Of a stretch of 45,090 nt of DNA, positions 18,736 to 27,003 are shown one piece after another. Position 1 is the first letter of the stretch. Every line of letters starts with the position of its first letter. Below the pieces are notes generated by a model. It worked only from the letters and a program-made list of their open reading frames with translations, was not told the origin of the DNA and searched no databases. Origin of the DNA: Erysipelotrichaceae bacterium (GTDB lineage Bacteria; Bacillota_I; Bacilli_A; RFN20; CAG-826); the NCBI GenBank assembly GCA_031271635.1, contig JAISVG010000084.1, forward strand, positions 1 to 45,090. Direction: 5' to 3'. Both the position numbers and the translations under genes were made by a program.

Positions 18736-19334
18736 AAGTTCTCCCAATATGTCTTGTAGACATTAAAATCAACGACACCATGACGAATTAATTTAAATCC
18801 TTCACTCATATCTATTATAGCAGAGGCTTGTCCTAGTTTGGGGCTTCCTTCAACAATTAAGAGGTTTTTACCAAATATTTTTGATAAATCATCAGTTGTT
18901 ACTATAGGTTTCTCACCACTAATGTTAGCTGAAGTTTGAAGAAGCGGTTTTTTAATGATTTCTAAAATGTTCTTTAGTAACGGGGTGTTGGCGAGGCGGA
19001 TGCCAATTTTACCAGTGTTTAAAGTAACATGAGGCGGGACAGAATCTTTACTTTTTAAAATGACTGTTAAAGGACCAGTAATGAATTTATTAAGGAACTT
19101 CATGGTTTGATCATTAACGACGGCTAATTCTTTGATGTCATCAAGGTGATTCACTATGATACCATAGGGGGTATCGGGCTTTCTTCTTTTTAAGCTATTC
19201 AAATTATTAAAGGCCCCAATTTGATCATAAAGGGCATAGAATCCAAAAACTGTATCTGCCGGCATCGCTACCACTTCGCCACCCGAAAGAGCGGTAACAA
19301 TTAATTCGAGATTATTTTCATTAATGATCGGCAT
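18732..19334 (-). CDS. tsaC: L-threonylcarbamoyladenylate synthase (short YrdC/YwlC-type TsaC)
   Basis: 200 aa with PADTVFGFYA and TSANISGEKP motifs. It sits between prmC and rpiB, as in Bacillus. Confidence 0.75.
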   Translation of the reverse strand: MPIINENNLELIVTALSGGEVVAMPADTVFGFYALYDQIGAFNNLNSLKRRKPDTPYGIIVNHLDDIKELAVVNDQTMKFLNKFITGPLTVILKSKDSVPPHVTLNTGKIGIRLANTPLLKNILEIIKKPLLQTSANISGEKPIVTTDDLSKIFGKNLLIVEGSPKLGQASAIIDMSEGFKLIRHGVVDFNVYKTYWENL

Positions 19335-19347
19335 ATTATTATTTTAA

Positions 19348-20169
19348 CTATTTAACATTAATTAGTTTTAGAAAACGGACTTTATGATATAAATCGCGCA
19401 TTAATGTTATTTCTGCTTGTGGGTAGTATTTCTGTGCCATGTCTTTTAAAGTCTCTGCAAAGAGGGGATTAATTTCGAAATAGAGGCTTCCATTAGGCTT
19501 TAAAACCATAAGTGATTGCTTTAGAATTTCTTGATAAAAATAAAGCGGAGGTTCCGCGAAGAGGGCTTGATGTGGTTCATAGTCAAAAACAGATTTATCA
19601 AGAATTTCTTCTTTACTAATATAGGGAGGATTTGAAACAATAAGATCAACTTGACAATTAGCTTTAACTAAAGCATCTAATAGATCGCTCTTCATTATTT
19701 GATAGTTAGTTATGGTTAGGATTCTTTTGGCGTTTCTTTTTGTCACACTTAGTGCCGCACTACTAATATCAAGTAAATAAACCTTTGTTTTAGTCTCCTT
19801 TGCTAATTCAATCCCAATAATGCCGGAACCGGTTCCCACATCCACAATGATTTTATCCTGTAGTCGTTGTTCTTTTTGGATAATATTAATTAGTTCTAGA
19901 GTTTCTGGTCTTGGAATGAGCACATGGCGGTTTAGATAGTAAATAGTTCCCTTATTCTCGAATTGTCTTATTGCATAGGAAACTGGTATTCCTTGAATTA
20001 ATTTTCGCAAGTAGTAACGGATTCTTGGCAAGTTTAAAACTTCGTCATCATATTGCAAAATTAAAGAAGTGTAATTAAGTCCATTAACATAATAAATAAC
20101 GGTTTTAATTTCTTCTAATAAGAGATGATGTCGGTTTTGATATTGATTGATTAGGGTACGATAGGTCAC
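19348..20169 (-). CDS. prmC: Release-factor glutamine N5-methyltransferase
   Basis: DVGTGSGIIGIELA (SAM binding) and the VSNPPYI catalytic motif. It has an ATGA overlap with prfA. Confidence 0.85.
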   Translation of the reverse strand: MTYRTLINQYQNRHHLLLEEIKTVIYYVNGLNYTSLILQYDDEVLNLPRIRYYLRKLIQGIPVSYAIRQFENKGTIYYLNRHVLIPRPETLELINIIQKEQRLQDKIIVDVGTGSGIIGIELAKETKTKVYLLDISSAALSVTKRNAKRILTITNYQIMKSDLLDALVKANCQVDLIVSNPPYISKEEILDKSVFDYEPHQALFAEPPLYFYQEILKQSLMVLKPNGSLYFEINPLFAETLKDMAQKYYPQAEITLMRDLYHKVRFLKLINVK

Positions 20170-21251
20170 AAATCATCGCCTTCTAATTTCATTTGTTGAT
20201 CATAGTAAATCAAAGCATCAATAATCTCTTCTAATTCACCTTCCATCACGCGATCAAGTTTTTGAAGCGAAAAACCAATCCGATGATCAGTAACTCGATT
20301 CTGAGGATAATTGTAAGTTCTAATCTTTTCTGATCTTTCTCCGGTTCCTACCTTAAGACGTCGTTCGTTTCCAATTTTGGTGTTCTGTTCTTCTTCGTAT
20401 TTAGCAATAAGTTTGGTTTTAAGCATTCGCATCGCAGTTTCTTTATTAGTTAATTGTGATTTTTCAGTTTGACATGCGACCACAATACCAGAGGGAATGT
20501 GAGTGATTCTCACGGCAGATTCCGTCTTATTAACATTTTGTCCTCCGGCACCTTGGGAGCGATAGGTATCAATTTGTAAGTCAGCAGGATTAATTGAAAT
20601 ATCAATTTCTTCAGCTTCTGGCATCACGAGGACCGTAGCAATTGAAGTATGAATGCGACCGCTAGCCTCGGTTTTAGGAACTCTTTGCACACGGTGACCG
20701 CCACTTTCAAACTTTAATCTTGAATAGACATCTTTTCCTTTAATCATAAAAGATATCATTGAAAAACCACCGGCACTTGAAGAATTTTCATCAAGCATTT
20801 GGATTTTCCAGCCTCTAGCCTCAGCGTATCTAGTGTACATTCTAAATAAATCACCCGCGAAAATACCAGCTTCATCACCACCAACTGCACCGCGAATTTC
20901 AACAATGATATTCTTGCTGTCATTAGGATCACGGGGAAGGAGTAGCAGTTTTATCTCTTCGGTAATGGTTTCAAGTTGGACGGTGAGAAGCTTATGTTCT
21001 TCTTTTCCGAGTTCTGATAATTCAGGATCGCTTTCATTCGCCATTATATAGGCCTCATCAGCCTGTTTTAAGATATCTAAATATTTCCGGTATGCGGTGG
21101 CAACCTCACTTACGGCACTTTGTTCTTGGGTAATTTTTTTGAATCTCGTACGGTCTTTTAAGATGTTCTCATCACTTAAAAGTAGATCCAGTTCGGCTTC
21201 TTTTTTGAGGGTTGCCTCGAGTCTCGCTTTTAAACTTTCTTCCATATTCAT
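20166..21251 (-). CDS. prfA: Peptide chain release factor 1
   Basis: 361 aa with the PxT-type region (VPKTEASGRIHTS), the QGAGGQNVNK GGQ motif and RIRTYNYPQNRVTDHR. Confidence 0.95.
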   Translation of the reverse strand: MNMEESLKARLEATLKKEAELDLLLSDENILKDRTRFKKITQEQSAVSEVATAYRKYLDILKQADEAYIMANESDPELSELGKEEHKLLTVQLETITEEIKLLLLPRDPNDSKNIIVEIRGAVGGDEAGIFAGDLFRMYTRYAEARGWKIQMLDENSSSAGGFSMISFMIKGKDVYSRLKFESGGHRVQRVPKTEASGRIHTSIATVLVMPEAEEIDISINPADLQIDTYRSQGAGGQNVNKTESAVRITHIPSGIVVACQTEKSQLTNKETAMRMLKTKLIAKYEEEQNTKIGNERRLKVGTGERSEKIRTYNYPQNRVTDHRIGFSLQKLDRVMEGELEEIIDALIYYDQQMKLEGDDL

Positions 21252-21297
21252 TTAGTATTTTACTTTAATTTGTTCAAAAATACTATAATTACATTAT

Positions 21298-21371
21298 TGG
21301 GGTATCGCCAAGCGGTAAGGCTCTAGACTCTGACTCTAGCACCCTAGGTTCGAATCCTAGTACCCCAGCCA
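21298..21371 (+). tRNA. tRNA-Gln (anticodon CUG)
   Basis: Hand fold: TGGGGTA/TACCCCA acceptor, anticodon stem CTAGA/TCTAG with loop CTCTGAC, T-loop TTCGAAT, discriminator G plus CCA. The overall sequence is very close to canonical bacterial tRNA-Gln. Confidence 0.85.
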
Positions 21372-21421
21372 AATTGTGTTTCGTTTTCGTAATATGCCTT
21401 TCGTGGTATAATTAAAGCCAT

Positions 21422-21506
21422 GCGGTTATGGCGGAACTGGTAGACGCGCTAGACTTAGGATCTAGTGGGGAATCCCGTGCAGGTTCAAGTCCTGTTAACC
21501 GCACCA
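21422..21506 (+). tRNA. tRNA-Leu (anticodon UAG), class II with a long variable arm; integration target of the element
   Basis: Hand fold: GCGGTTA/TAACCGC acceptor, anticodon loop CTTAGGA, variable arm TGGGGAATCCCGT, T-arm GCAGG-TTCAAGT-CCTGT, then ACCA. An extended -10 (TGGTATAAT, 21402-21410) lies upstream. Confidence 0.9.
21490..21506 (+). repeat. attL core (3' end of tRNA-Leu)
   Basis: The 17-nt perfect repeat TCCTGTTAACCGCACCA extends to 22 nt (21485-21506) with one mismatch against 34261-34282. Confidence 0.85.
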
Positions 21507-21517
21507 TATAAAAAATT

Positions 21518-21550
21518 TAGTCCGAATAGTTCGGACTATTTTTAATTTTT
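21518..21550 (+). terminator. Strong hairpin plus T-run just inside attL (terminator for tRNA-Leu; may also end int transcription)
   Basis: TAGTCCGAA-TAG-TTCGGACTA (9-bp stem) is followed by TTTTTAATTTTT. The reverse strand also has a short T-run after the stem. Confidence 0.6.
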
Positions 21551-21562
21551 GAATAGTTTCGT

Positions 21563-21591
21563 GATACACTTTTGATACACTTTTATGTATC
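21563..21591. repeat. GATACAY heptamer array (2 direct + 1 inverted); candidate arm-type integrase sites, attL side
   Basis: GATACACTTTT occurs twice in tandem (21563-21573 and 21574-21584), followed by an inverted ATGTATC (21585-21591). The same heptamer recurs at the attR side. Confidence 0.5.
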
Positions 21592-22689
21592 AGAAGCATC
21601 AATCTTTAACTTAATTTTGCTCTTTAGATCTTCATCTGTAGGAGTATAATAGGTATCTGTTACGTTTGGATTAGAATGGCCTAACCAAGCGGCACGATCA
21701 TACTTATCAAAACCAAGACTTTTAAGATAGAGATTAGAGGATCTTCTAAAGTCATGAATCTTGATACGCTTAAGATTAACGGCTTTAGTATACTCATCAA
21801 GAATTCTTCGAATCGAGGTTTCACCGATTACTAAGGAATTCTTATTCTCTGACTTAAAAAGATAATCTTCCGAATTTGTTTTTTTATCTAATAATAAATA
21901 AAGGGCCTTGATTTCTTTAGTTAATGGATAAACACGATTTGAAGAATTAGTCTTTAGTATTGATTCTACTTGATGGCCTTTACCGGTTTTATTGGTGATA
22001 GATCTTTCAATAAAAACTAGATCATTCATCGTATCAATATCTTGGTGCTTTAATCCCCTTAATTCACCAATTCTAAGGCCATAATAAAAAAGAAGTGAAA
22101 ATAATAATTTATGATCAGTATTTTTAACTGCAGCAATAAATGATAGGAATTCTTCATGAGACCAAAATGATTGCTTATTCGTTTTCTTTAGCGGCACATT
22201 CTTTATCTTCAGAATTGAATAATCGAGATTCTTATCAAGGCCATATTTTGTTAAAAAATCTAAGAATAACTTTAAAGCGGCAATTAACTTAGTTTTATTA
22301 GATAGATTTACCCTCTCAAACTGCATTATGAGCTTACTTAAGGTAAGATTACTGATATTATCCACGCTGAGCCGCTCTAAATGAGGTTTAATGTATTTAT
22401 TAAAAGTTAAAACATGAGTATAAGCCGTTGTGTCACGATATTCTTTTTCTAAGTGACTAAGATAAAGAGGAATTAGTTCATTTATGGTCCACTTCTTTTG
22501 CTTTTTTTCAGTAACACCAAGCGTGAGATTCTCGTAATGGAGAGCTGCAGCAGATAAAGCCTGGGCTTCGCTAGTAAAGCCTCTCCGAAGAAGTTTATCG
22601 CCTTTATAGCAAAGACGGTAATAAAACTGAAGCTTAGGTTTTCCATCAAGGTCTTTTACATAATAAGGATAAACTCTAACGCCTCGCAT
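21583..22689 (-). CDS. int: Tyrosine recombinase / phage integrase
   Basis: The C-terminal catalytic region has RIGELRGL, HDFRRS, LGHSN and TDTYY (R..HxxR..H..Y). An N-terminal arm-binding-like domain is present. I start it at MRGVRVYPYY (22689); the track ORF extends to 22749. Confidence 0.85.
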   Translation of the reverse strand: MRGVRVYPYYVKDLDGKPKLQFYYRLCYKGDKLLRRGFTSEAQALSAAALHYENLTLGVTEKKQKKWTINELIPLYLSHLEKEYRDTTAYTHVLTFNKYIKPHLERLSVDNISNLTLSKLIMQFERVNLSNKTKLIAALKLFLDFLTKYGLDKNLDYSILKIKNVPLKKTNKQSFWSHEEFLSFIAAVKNTDHKLLFSLLFYYGLRIGELRGLKHQDIDTMNDLVFIERSITNKTGKGHQVESILKTNSSNRVYPLTKEIKALYLLLDKKTNSEDYLFKSENKNSLVIGETSIRRILDEYTKAVNLKRIKIHDFRRSSNLYLKSLGFDKYDRAAWLGHSNPNVTDTYYTPTDEDLKSKIKLKIDASDT

Positions 22690-22912
22690 ACATTGGTCTC
22701 CGACAAATTTCTTGAAGTTCATATTTTGAATAGTCAAATCGATGATCATTAATCATTGCTTTAATAAGACGGTTAATATCACCAAAAGAATAACAACTAA
22801 AAAACTTCTCAAGAACCATATCGGCATATTTAAAAAGCGATCTTTCGTCACGAAGGTTACAGGCCAGAATAAACTGCCGCTTTTCATAATCGGTTAAATT
22901 ATAATAATTCAT
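22676..22912 (-). CDS. Small hypothetical protein between rep and int (excisionase/RDF position)
   Basis: Start MNYYNLTDYEK, preceded by AAGGAGA 8 nt upstream. The longer track ORF start (23005) lies inside rep. No motif is recognised. Confidence 0.45.
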   Translation of the reverse strand: MNYYNLTDYEKRQFILACNLRDERSLFKYADMVLEKFFSCYSFGDINRLIKAMINDHRFDYSKYELQEICRRPMYARR

Positions 22913-24083
22913 CTTTAATATTCTCCTTTTTAACAAGCTCGCCAGTAAGGCGATTATAGCCTGGGGACTCAATAAAACGCTTAAGGCTCTCTTTAGCCTC
23001 ATCAAGCGTTACATGAGGTTTACCTTCATGACGGTTCATCTCATTAATAATTGCGAGATCTTTATAAGTAAATTTATCAAGTAACCTTTCACAAGAAATA
23101 GTTTCAATTAAAGAAGCTTTTGAAGGATCATTAATAATAAGTCTTGCTAGAATCATCGAAGCCGCTTTAATAAACCAATCTTTTTGGACGACCAAGGTTT
23201 TTTCAACTTCATACTGGACCTTAATAGATTCCTTAGAAACATTCTTAAGAAGCTTGTCCCATTTAGACCAATTTTCTTCTTTATTACGATTAGAAATATC
23301 ATACTTAAGATTTTGCTTAAAGGCGACTAAACCACCAAGCGAAGCAGCAATTACACGATTAATAGTTTCACTCTCTAAAGCAAGATGAAGTTTAACAAAC
23401 ATTGTTTCAGCGACTTCATCATACCAACGAGCTTCAAATCTGACCCAATCAGCAACATTGACTAAATAGTTCTTTTTCTCACGTTCAGCGGCTTTATTAT
23501 AAATACAAAGTTGTTTTGTTTCGCGACCACCGATATAAAAAGTAAAACCATCATTTTTAGAAATAATTAGTTTTTCTTTAACTTTATCAAGAATTTCAAC
23601 GTCATTAACCGTAATGTTCCACTTTCTGAAGTTAGTAGCATACTCTCTTTTAATGATTTTTTGATAAAGTTCCATCGCTTTAATACTTCCAGAATAATCA
23701 TCAATAGGAGTATCAATTCTCGTTGCTTTAAAACCCATTTTATAAAGCAAATCAAAAACCTTCAGCCAAGGATTATAGGAGTCAGAATTATTATTCTCAA
23801 CATCACGACAAGCATCACCAGATAATAATATTTGAGTACGCCATTCACCATGATTCCGAGGCTCTTCATCAGTAAAGAATTTCACACGACTGCCATAAAG
23901 ATAGCCTTTTTGATAACCATTAAGCGCATGATCCAAAGGAGTATACTCAAAAGGTTCATAGCCTAAGGACCTAATTAATAAAGAAAAATCGTTAGGAGTA
24001 AAAACTAACCTAAAAGTACCACTAACCCAATCGATTAAAGCATTGACTTTAAGATTATCTTGATCTTCTTTTAAATACATCAT
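22899..24083 (-). CDS. rep: Rolling-circle replication initiator, Rep_trans (PF02486)-like
   Basis: The N-terminus ALIDWVSGTFRL and the block ILLSGDACRDVE resemble the IDWLS.TF and SGqgCr signatures of the family that includes pT181 RepC and CTXphi RstA. Recognised from memory only. Confidence 0.6.
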   Translation of the reverse strand: MMYLKEDQDNLKVNALIDWVSGTFRLVFTPNDFSLLIRSLGYEPFEYTPLDHALNGYQKGYLYGSRVKFFTDEEPRNHGEWRTQILLSGDACRDVENNNSDSYNPWLKVFDLLYKMGFKATRIDTPIDDYSGSIKAMELYQKIIKREYATNFRKWNITVNDVEILDKVKEKLIISKNDGFTFYIGGRETKQLCIYNKAAEREKKNYLVNVADWVRFEARWYDEVAETMFVKLHLALESETINRVIAASLGGLVAFKQNLKYDISNRNKEENWSKWDKLLKNVSKESIKVQYEVEKTLVVQKDWFIKAASMILARLIINDPSKASLIETISCERLLDKFTYKDLAIINEMNRHEGKPHVTLDEAKESLKRFIESPGYNRLTGELVKKENIKDELL

Positions 24084-24303
24084 TGAAATTCTTTTCCTTT
24101 CATATTTTAAGACGACTGCCTCGACTAGTCGAGGATATAAGAATATTTAGATAACGATTACTTACGAGCCACACCCCGTATTACTACTGGGGTGTGGCTC
24201 TCTCGGCTTTTAGACTGTAGTAATCTAAAGATTACTAAAGAGTCCCCCAGGACGACATTATAGGGGGTCCTCTCGTAAAAGCCTCACGTTATCACCGCTT
24301 TCA
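24084..24303. promoter_or_regulatory. Structured GC-rich intergenic region upstream of rep (candidate replication origin and/or rep operator)
   Basis: It contains a perfect 16-nt palindrome CCTCGACTAGTCGAGG (24119-24134). A 12-bp perfect stem GAGCCACACCCC/GGGGTGTGGCTC with an 11-nt loop spans 24166-24200. An 8-bp stem TAGTAATC/GATTACTA spans 24218-24237. Confidence 0.5.
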
Positions 24304-26568
24304 TCACCATGAAAGCTCCTCTAGTTTTTCATCTTTCTTTTCTTTCACTCCTGGGCCGCTTGGGCCCTTCTTTTTAAGGCCAGAAAAGAGGCCTTTAAGA
24401 AGCCTCTTAGGCCAATATCCTTCTTGGTACTCAAGATCATCTGAAGAAGGATAAAGGCTCTTAAACTGCGCCGAATGATAAACGGAGACGGTCGCGTCTT
24501 TATAAGTATTTTCAAAGACCGGCTTATAGATATCGGTAGCGAAACGTTCAGAGTAGATCTTCTTTGGTTGAATAAAGTAAGCTACTTTTTTTGACTCTTG
24601 ATCTTTATCTTCTGAACCATGCTTAATGATCAAAGTATAAGACCTACTTTGATAAGTGTTTTCAAAAATAAAGAGCTTTTGCTGCAACTTTGCGGCAATC
24701 TTATTGGCCAAAAAAGAAAGAAGACTAAGATCACGGCGGTTCTCACGGTAGATGCTCCTAAACTCATTAATCTTAGAAAGGACCTTCTTCTGAAGCGGAT
24801 AAAGAAACCAGTTAAAAGGATAAAGGATCTCCGCTTCAGGATCTTTCTCAATTGTAATAATCGTATCAAAGAGATGTCTTATTTTGGCCTGGATATCAGA
24901 TGAGGCTTGCATGTCACAAAAAACCTTAATAAGCGGCTGATGATCAAGGGTTCTTGAATGCCGAATTACCTTATGAAAATCTTGAAAAGAATCATTTAAT
25001 TGATTAACAAAATCATCATCTTTAGAAAGACTCTGAAGGTCGTCTTTATTACCTCTTTCTTTATCGAGTTCCGTGTAAGTAATAACTCCAGAGTCAAAAT
25101 AAGAGATTCGCTCCGGGTCAAACTTTTTGCCAAGACGAAAATCATCATAGTTAATGTTGATCGAAAAAGCTTTAGAATCATAATAAAGAAGATCTACTTC
25201 AGATCTTTCAAAATAGTTATAGTCAAACTTAATAAAATGACCGGTATTAATAGCGACGTGATCATAGTTGATCGGATAGTTTGATGTTGCCAAAGGAACG
25301 TCTTGAATAAAAAGATAATAAGCCTCAAGATAAATTATTAAAGCATCGAAGATAGTAATTATCTTTAGGCCATCATAAGAATGCATCTTATTACTCTTAT
25401 AACCAAAAATAAAAGGCTCATGACCTTTAACATTGGCACGGTCTTTAAGGCTACCATCATGATCAAGACGTTTCCTTGGATAATAATACATAAAGCTTAT
25501 CCGGTCGATGTAGGCCTTAATGTGGACACGATTAAGGATCCTTCCGGCATTGATTTCTTGACGAAGACAAAACTCTAAAAATTCAAAATTAAAATCCGGA
25601 AACATCGTTCCATATTTATTAAGAATCTCAAGAACCGTGAAGCGAACTTTTGCCTCGAAACTCATTGAAAAATCAGTAATTAAAGTAGTCTTCCCGTCTC
25701 CAGGGGGCCCGACAACGCAGTTCATGACACCCATACTAGAAACAGCAGCTTCGTTAAGGGCTTCGCGGTGCATCAGTCTATTAATTCCGGTCCAACGTCG
25801 GACTTTATTAAAGTGTCTAATGACAAAAACAATAATAATGGGCCATAAATAAATTAAGGCCGGGAGAAAATATCTAATAAGCTTTGGAATAAAAGTAAAA
25901 AAAGTCGCATCGAAAGCGAACATATAAACATACATTAAAAATAAAGAAATAATAATCGGGATAGCATTAAGAATAAAACAAGAAACAATGATTAGAGTAA
26001 TTTTAAAAACAAGATTATTGATCAAGAATCTAAAGAACGAAATAACCTCAAATTTAAGTTTATCAAAGTGAATAATCTTATTCCTAATAAACATAAATAC
26101 TTGATAGCCTTTCGTTTCTTTTTGCTTCAGAGTACCGTCTTGAGCCACTAAAGAAGATGACTCATGAGCCGCCATAAAGCAAGTAAACAAGAGCTTCAAA
26201 AAGACATAAACAATAAGCACGATCATGATAATTCTTGTTAACGTCATCAAGAAATTAAGTACTAAAGAAATATAATCAAAGATGTTATCCTGGTTAATTA
26301 AATAAATAGGCCAAACTTTAAGTTGGATTAAGAACATGTTATCAAGAGCAAGCGGCGAAGCATCAATATTAATAATTCTGATCCCGAAAACTGAGATATT
26401 CTCCGGAATCACTAAGTAATCGATTTTTAGGCCAAAGAGACTAAATAAGTCAATAAAAGAGTTAACAAAGTGAAAAGCATTACCGGCGAATAAAAGCACT
26501 GTAACGGCCAAAATAGCAAGAATAATTAAGATCAAAAAAATAATATAAATGGCCTTCCTTAACTTCAC
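24304..26568 (-). CDS. Polytopic-membrane P-loop NTPase (about 6 N-terminal TM helices plus a cytoplasmic ATPase domain)
   Basis: 754 aa. Residues 1-255 are hydrophobic helices. Walker A is VVGPPGDGKTTL (aa 285-296, nt 25687-25710), with a candidate Walker B at GVITYTELDKE. The gene ends in TGA. Confidence 0.65.
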   Translation of the reverse strand: MKLRKAIYIIFLILIILAILAVTVLLFAGNAFHFVNSFIDLFSLFGLKIDYLVIPENISVFGIRIINIDASPLALDNMFLIQLKVWPIYLINQDNIFDYISLVLNFLMTLTRIIMIVLIVYVFLKLLFTCFMAAHESSSLVAQDGTLKQKETKGYQVFMFIRNKIIHFDKLKFEVISFFRFLINNLVFKITLIIVSCFILNAIPIIISLFLMYVYMFAFDATFFTFIPKLIRYFLPALIYLWPIIIVFVIRHFNKVRRWTGINRLMHREALNEAAVSSMGVMNCVVGPPGDGKTTLITDFSMSFEAKVRFTVLEILNKYGTMFPDFNFEFLEFCLRQEINAGRILNRVHIKAYIDRISFMYYYPRKRLDHDGSLKDRANVKGHEPFIFGYKSNKMHSYDGLKIITIFDALIIYLEAYYLFIQDVPLATSNYPINYDHVAINTGHFIKFDYNYFERSEVDLLYYDSKAFSININYDDFRLGKKFDPERISYFDSGVITYTELDKERGNKDDLQSLSKDDDFVNQLNDSFQDFHKVIRHSRTLDHQPLIKVFCDMQASSDIQAKIRHLFDTIITIEKDPEAEILYPFNWFLYPLQKKVLSKINEFRSIYRENRRDLSLLSFLANKIAAKLQQKLFIFENTYQSRSYTLIIKHGSEDKDQESKKVAYFIQPKKIYSERFATDIYKPVFENTYKDATVSVYHSAQFKSLYPSSDDLEYQEGYWPKRLLKGLFSGLKKKGPSGPGVKEKKDEKLEELSW

Positions 26569-26915
26569 TTGATGCTCCTTAAAAGATAAACAAGATTCTT
26601 ATTCTGGTAAAAGATCTTAGCTTCAGATAAAGCAAGTAAAACATGATCAACATCATCGATTTTAAAAATAAAGATTCCTAAGTTAAATTCATAATCAACC
26701 CGAATAATTAAAGAATCATCATGGATCTGAAGCGAGTCTTTCCTGATATAAAAATAACCATCATCTTTACTTTCATAAATGTTACCAATAAAAGAGTCTA
26801 GCTCAAAGTGATAACTAGAAAAGACTGCTTTAGTCGTAACCAATAAATAAGACAAGACAAAAAGGATAATACTAATCAAAAGAATTCTTAAGACTGTAAT
26901 AAATTTTGATTTCAT
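26565..26915 (-). CDS. Small membrane protein (N-terminal TM)
   Basis: 116 aa with the TM segment ITVLRILLISIILFVLSYLLV and the RBS AGGAGGGA. It has an ATGA overlap with the ATPase gene. Confidence 0.5.
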   Translation of the reverse strand: MKSKFITVLRILLISIILFVLSYLLVTTKAVFSSYHFELDSFIGNIYESKDDGYFYIRKDSLQIHDDSLIIRVDYEFNLGIFIFKIDDVDHVLLALSEAKIFYQNKNLVYLLRSIK

Positions 26916-26928
26916 TGTTCCCTCCTAT

Positions 26929-26957
26929 TTGACAAGTCTACTAAGAAAAGTTATAAT
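26929..26957 (+). promoter_or_regulatory. Consensus sigma-70-type promoter on the strand opposite to all surrounding genes
   Basis: TTGACA (26929-26934), a 17-nt spacer, then TATAAT (26952-26957). Confidence 0.45.
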
Positions 26958-26970
26958 ATAAATACAAGTT

Positions 26971-27003
26971 GAGCGGACCTAAGGCACCGCTCCTTTTTTA
27001 TTT
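26971..27003 (+). terminator. Plus-strand rho-independent terminator about 15 nt downstream of that promoter
   Basis: GAGCGG-ACCTAAGGCA-CCGCTC is followed by CTTTTTTATTT. Confidence 0.5.

Noticed and set aside
24619-25852. Six short ORFs on both strands inside the 754-aa ATPase gene, and 23567-23755 inside rep
   Set aside because: They are AT-rich frame shadows (Lys/Ile/Phe-rich) with no starts carrying an RBS.
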